NCBI GenBank assembly: GCA_043824495.1
Contig: JBDRSV010000025.1
Span: forward strand, 1-39,766
Source: Candidatus Aenigmatarchaeota archaeon
Lineage (GTDB): Archaea; Aenigmatarchaeota; Aenigmatarchaeia; QMZP01
Direction: 5' to 3'
DNA length: 39,766 bases
Position 1 is the stretch's first letter, and each line of letters starts with the position of its first letter. The position numbers and the translations under genes were made by a program. Of this stretch, positions 36,171 through 39,766 are shown in pieces. Below the pieces are notes generated by a model, which worked only from the letters and a program-made list of their open reading frames with translations, was not told where the DNA came from and searched no databases.

Positions 36171-37082
36171 TTAAATAAGATTAATTGGTTTGCCTTTTAT
36201 CCAAGTTTCTATGTTATCAATCATTATATCATTTGCGTGTCTGCGTTCTGCGTCTGTGTTCCATGAAATATGTGGTGTTACAAGAATTTTAGGGTGTTCT
36301 AAGAGCGTTTTATATGCTGGTTCATTAACATCACCCACTTCAGCACTAGCTGCATCATCTGCTGCACCAGATAAAATTTCTTTATCAAGAGCCTCTTTAA
36401 GTGCTTCTATGTCATAGACTTGAGATTTTGAAATTGATACAAAGAATGCTCCTTTCTTAAGAGAAAAGAAGAAGTCTCTATTAAGCACTTCCATAGTAGA
36501 TGAATTTACACTTAGACAATTTACAACAGTATCAGCATCTTTTACAGATTCCAATAAATCATCTCCACGTCTAAAGAACCTAACTTTCATACCAAGACTA
36601 TCACATATTTTTCCTAATTGTTTACCAATGAAACCAGCGCCTAAAATAGTAATTTTCTTATCATATAAACTTGTTGCAGCTTTCAAGACCTCATCTCTTG
36701 ATGGGTTTTTTGTTCTAGTCAATTCAAGTAAACGTCTGAAATGAATTAACATCATTGCAACAATCCATTCTGAAACAGGCTCTTTGTTGCAACCTGGTGA
36801 ATTGGAAATAGTTATATTTCTTTCATTGAGCTTTTTTTTATCCAAAAACTCAACACCAACAAAAGGTAATGAGATGAATACATCTTTTAATTCATATACC
36901 TTATCTGACCTCAACCCAAAAATACCTGAACATATTATATCAGCTCCTCTACATCTCTCTAACCACTCATCAGGGGATTTAAGAAGTTCATTATGATAAA
37001 CAACATCACCTAACGATTCCAAGCGCTTTTTTTGATCATTATATAAATTCAGATCTTTTGTTAGTGCTATTTTTGGTTTCAT
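36171..37082 (-). CDS. D-isomer-specific 2-hydroxyacid dehydrogenase family protein
   Basis: ORF 36171..37091; likely ATG at 37082. SNSPGCNKEPVSEW, Rossmann ILGAGFIGKQLG, LVTPHISW. Confidence 0.85.
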   Translation of the reverse strand: MKPKIALTKDLNLYNDQKKRLESLGDVVYHNELLKSPDEWLERCRGADIICSGIFGLRSDKVYELKDVFISLPFVGVEFLDKKKLNERNITISNSPGCNKEPVSEWIVAMMLIHFRRLLELTRTKNPSRDEVLKAATSLYDKKITILGAGFIGKQLGKICDSLGMKVRFFRRGDDLLESVKDADTVVNCLSVNSSTMEVLNRDFFFSLKKGAFFVSISKSQVYDIEALKEALDKEILSGAADDAASAEVGDVNEPAYKTLLEHPKILVTPHISWNTDAERRHANDIMIDNIETWIKGKPINLI

Positions 37083-37087
37083 ATAAC

Positions 37088-38359
37088 TCAATAAAATCTA
37101 AAATGTTTACACAATTCTAGAACTTCTTGTTTGATCTTGTTCTTTAATTCTGAATTGTCACGATCATTGACTACTTTTGCTATCCACTCACCAACTTGTT
37201 TCATTTCAGATTCTTTCATTCCAATTGTTGTGAGAATTGGTGTACCGAGGCGCAGGCCAGATGGTTTGAATGGTGTACTTGGATCATAAGGTATTGCATT
37301 ACAGTTTAACACTATTCCAGCTTCTTCTAGAGCTACTGCAACTGGACGACCTAAACCAACTCCCATTGGAGTGAGATCCATGAGTATTAGATGATTATCT
37401 GTTCCGTTTGAGACTAATTTGAGACCTTGTGACATCAGTTCTTCTGCTAGAGCTTTCGCGTTTTTTACAATCTGATGAGCATAATCTTTGAATTCTGGCT
37501 GTAAAGCTTCTTCAAAAGCAATTGCCTTGCCCGCTATTACATGGTTATGAGGACCCCCTTGAAGCCCCGGAAATACAGATTTATCCATTCTTGATGCAAG
37601 ATTTTTGATTCTCTTTGTTTGCTTTTCGTCTAAACCTTCTGTGTTTGCAAGTCTATCTTCTTTCTTGCACATAATTATTCCACCTCTAGGTCCACGTAGG
37701 GTTTTATGTGTAGTTGTCATGACCACGTCAGTGAATGGAAATGGAGATGGATGTGATCCACCTGCTACTAATCCAGCAATGTGAGATATATCTGCAAAGC
37801 TGTAAGCCCCGACTTCTTCTGATATTTCGTGAAACTCTTTGAATGGGATTGTCCTTGGATAAGCTGTATATCCACTAATGATCATTTTTGGTTTTTCTTC
37901 TAGAGCTATTTTTCTGATTTGATCCATATCTAGAAGACCTGTTTCTTTGTCAACAAAGTAAGGAATTGGAGTGTAATAAGTTCCTGAGAAATTAACATGA
38001 CTTCCATGTGTGAGATGGCCTCCCATGTCTAATCTCATACCCATGAACTTTGCTCCTGGTTTAAGTAGAGTGAAGAAAACTGCTAAGTTGGCTGGGCTTC
38101 CAGAATTAGGTTGAACATTCACATGTTCTGCCCCGAAAAGTTTCTGAGCACGTTCAATTGCAAGCAGTTCTACTTGATCTACAAATTCATTACCTTGATA
38201 ATACCTTTTCAGAGGATATCCTTCAGAATATTTGTTAGCTAGAACAGATCCTGTTGCTTCCAGTACAGCTTTACTTGCATAATTCTCAGACGGTATTAGA
38301 TTAATAGTTGTAGAGAGACGCTCTCTTTCTTTCTCTATATACTCGAAAACTTTGTCCAT
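37088..38359 (-). CDS. glyA: Serine hydroxymethyltransferase (bacterial type)
   Basis: LIPSENY, NKYSEGYP, NVQPNSGS, GGHLTHG, DISHIAGL, TTTHKTLRGPRGG, FPGLQGGP, NGTDNHL, SGLRLGT. Confidence 0.97.
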   Translation of the reverse strand: MDKVFEYIEKERERLSTTINLIPSENYASKAVLEATGSVLANKYSEGYPLKRYYQGNEFVDQVELLAIERAQKLFGAEHVNVQPNSGSPANLAVFFTLLKPGAKFMGMRLDMGGHLTHGSHVNFSGTYYTPIPYFVDKETGLLDMDQIRKIALEEKPKMIISGYTAYPRTIPFKEFHEISEEVGAYSFADISHIAGLVAGGSHPSPFPFTDVVMTTTHKTLRGPRGGIIMCKKEDRLANTEGLDEKQTKRIKNLASRMDKSVFPGLQGGPHNHVIAGKAIAFEEALQPEFKDYAHQIVKNAKALAEELMSQGLKLVSNGTDNHLILMDLTPMGVGLGRPVAVALEEAGIVLNCNAIPYDPSTPFKPSGLRLGTPILTTIGMKESEMKQVGEWIAKVVNDRDNSELKNKIKQEVLELCKHFRFY

Positions 38360-38445
38360 TACATCAATCTTGTTTCTTATATTTTTATATTTAAGTCATG
38401 AAATATTCCTAAAATTAATAAGGATCAAAAAGCAAATAACAGTAA

Positions 38446-39582
38446 TTGGTGATTCTCTTGGATGAAGTTAAGTCCAGATTGTTTTCGGGTACAATATTCA
38501 GTTTCTTTAAGATAACCTTAATGGCATTTGCAATGCTCATACCCACTATATACTTCTCCTCCTTGGAAATATCTATAGTTGTTTATGCTTTCTTACTCTC
38601 TATTGGAGATGTTTTCTCATTTATCATGAAACCTATTGTGGGTGCTTTGACTGACAAGCATGGAGAGAGAAGATACATGATAATTGGTGGAATAATATTC
38701 TTTGTCTCACTTTTCTTAATAGGATTTACAACAGACATTGTTTGGTTGGCTATTCTCAAGATAATTGGTGGGGTTTCAAGCGCTTTGGTTTTTGTTATCA
38801 TAATAATCTACTCACTTAGACTGGTTAAAGATAAACCAGATAGTAAAGTTGGATTCTTCACTGGTCTTGGTAATCTGGGTTGGGTAATTGGTTTGTTTAT
38901 ACCTGGATTATTCGTAGACTCTTTTGGCATTCAGCCAGCATTTTATCTTATCTTTGCTGTCGGTGTGTTATGGATTATTTTTATGTTTAGATTTGCAAAG
39001 AAGAAGGAGACTAAACATTCAGTCAGACCATCATTTTCTTTCTTAAAGAAAATACCACATCTTGTTATATTAAAATCAATGGATCTCGCAATGTTTTCTG
39101 CATTCCTATTCTTCTTCACAAGATACGCACTACAAACTCTAGGATTATCTGGTGCAGTTATTTCATCTGTTGTTGTAGCTGAAGTTATAATATTTGCTCT
39201 TAGCAACATTCTTGTTGGGAAGATATCAAATAAGAATAGGAGAAAATACTGGATACCAGCTGGTATAATATTCCATCTTTTAGCAGCAACTACAATGTTC
39301 TTCGCATTTGATTTGATGCATTACTATCTTGTTGGTGTGTTCATAGGATTAGCTGGAGGATTTGTTGATGTCTGGATATTCTCCAACATAAGTGAAAAAT
39401 TTGAAAGTGAAGAAAAAGGTAAAGTTATTGGAACATTTGGTTGGAGTTATGACTTTGCAACAATACTGGGAGCTCAAGTTCCTTTGATATTCATACTCCT
39501 CAATTTAGGCACATTCACAGCACTGTTCGTCTTCCCAATAGTAATGTTGATCACATTTGCTGTGTTAAAAGCTAAAACATAG
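38446..39582 (+). CDS. MFS transporter
   Basis: About 12 hydrophobic segments; MFS motif A-like GALTDKHGERR and GKISNKNRRK. The start codon (TTG) is uncertain. Confidence 0.85.
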   Translation: MVILLDEVKSRLFSGTIFSFFKITLMAFAMLIPTIYFSSLEISIVVYAFLLSIGDVFSFIMKPIVGALTDKHGERRYMIIGGIIFFVSLFLIGFTTDIVWLAILKIIGGVSSALVFVIIIIYSLRLVKDKPDSKVGFFTGLGNLGWVIGLFIPGLFVDSFGIQPAFYLIFAVGVLWIIFMFRFAKKKETKHSVRPSFSFLKKIPHLVILKSMDLAMFSAFLFFFTRYALQTLGLSGAVISSVVVAEVIIFALSNILVGKISNKNRRKYWIPAGIIFHLLAATTMFFAFDLMHYYLVGVFIGLAGGFVDVWIFSNISEKFESEEKGKVIGTFGWSYDFATILGAQVPLIFILLNLGTFTALFVFPIVMLITFAVLKAKT

Positions 39583-39765
39583 ATAGTTTATCTTTCTTCC
39601 TTCTTCTAGGTGTCTTTTTTCATAAAATGTTTTGATGTTTAGAACAGGGTCTGGTTCTATTTTGTAGAGATCTCTTATCTCTTCTATGATTTCCATTTTT
39701 TCTTTTTTCACTGTTTCAATTGAATAATCAAATAGCTTGGTGTCATCTGTTTTCAGATGTATTTT
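39565..39765 (-). CDS. trmB: C-terminal fragment of a tRNA (guanine-N7)-methyltransferase (m7G46, bacterial TrmB type); continues beyond the window
   Basis: Not in the ORF track. Hand translation: KIHLKTDDTKLFDYSIETVKKEKMEIIEEIRDLYKIEPDPVLNIKTFYEKRHLEEGRKINYLCFSF*, with the HLKTD, DLY and TFYE..H...G..I.Y motifs of TrmB. Confidence 0.8.
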   Translation of the reverse strand, partial: KIHLKTDDTKLFDYSIETVKKEKMEIIEEIRDLYKIEPDPVLNIKTFYEKRHLEEGRKINYLCFSF

Positions 39766-39766
39766 T

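Noticed and set aside
1-39766. tRNA, rRNA, C/D-box sRNA, CRISPR arrays, transposases, integrases
   Set aside because: By eye I found no GC-rich cloverleaf, no intergenic RUGAUGA/CUGA pairs, no repeat-spacer arrays and no recombinase ORFs. A tRNAscan-SE/Infernal run would be needed to exclude small RNAs formally.

Overview
This AT-rich, gene-dense archaeal chromosomal segment has DPANN-like gene content and style. Evidence: L15e, fibrillarin, RadB, ATP-dependent ligase, archaeal TyrRS, TrmB-like regulators, GGTGA/GGAGG ribosome-binding sites and TTTATAAA boxes about 22-39 bp upstream of several starts. The phylum assignment is inference. No rRNA, tRNA, CRISPR array or transposase was seen. Main features: (1) an exported TPM + M64-like metallopeptidase operon; (2) a type II/IV secretion (VirB11/TadA-like) ATPase with a 509-aa LAGLIDADG intein in its Asp box, divergent from two coiled-coil genes; (3) a two-subunit ATP-citrate lyase; (4) a nearly self-contained folate one-carbon to methionine module (split MetE, mycobacterial-type MTHFR-like protein, FolC, bacterial-type GlyA); (5) a six-CARDB surface protein with nested insertions; (6) several Arg-rich, Lys-poor orphan genes, including a tandem pair with degenerate PRTase folds; (7) a small Zn-finger gene sharing a palindrome-bearing promoter with an HTH regulator; and (8) at the right edge, missed by the ORF track, the C-terminus of a bacterial-type tRNA m7G46 methyltransferase. 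All family calls come from motif recognition by eye, not database searches.
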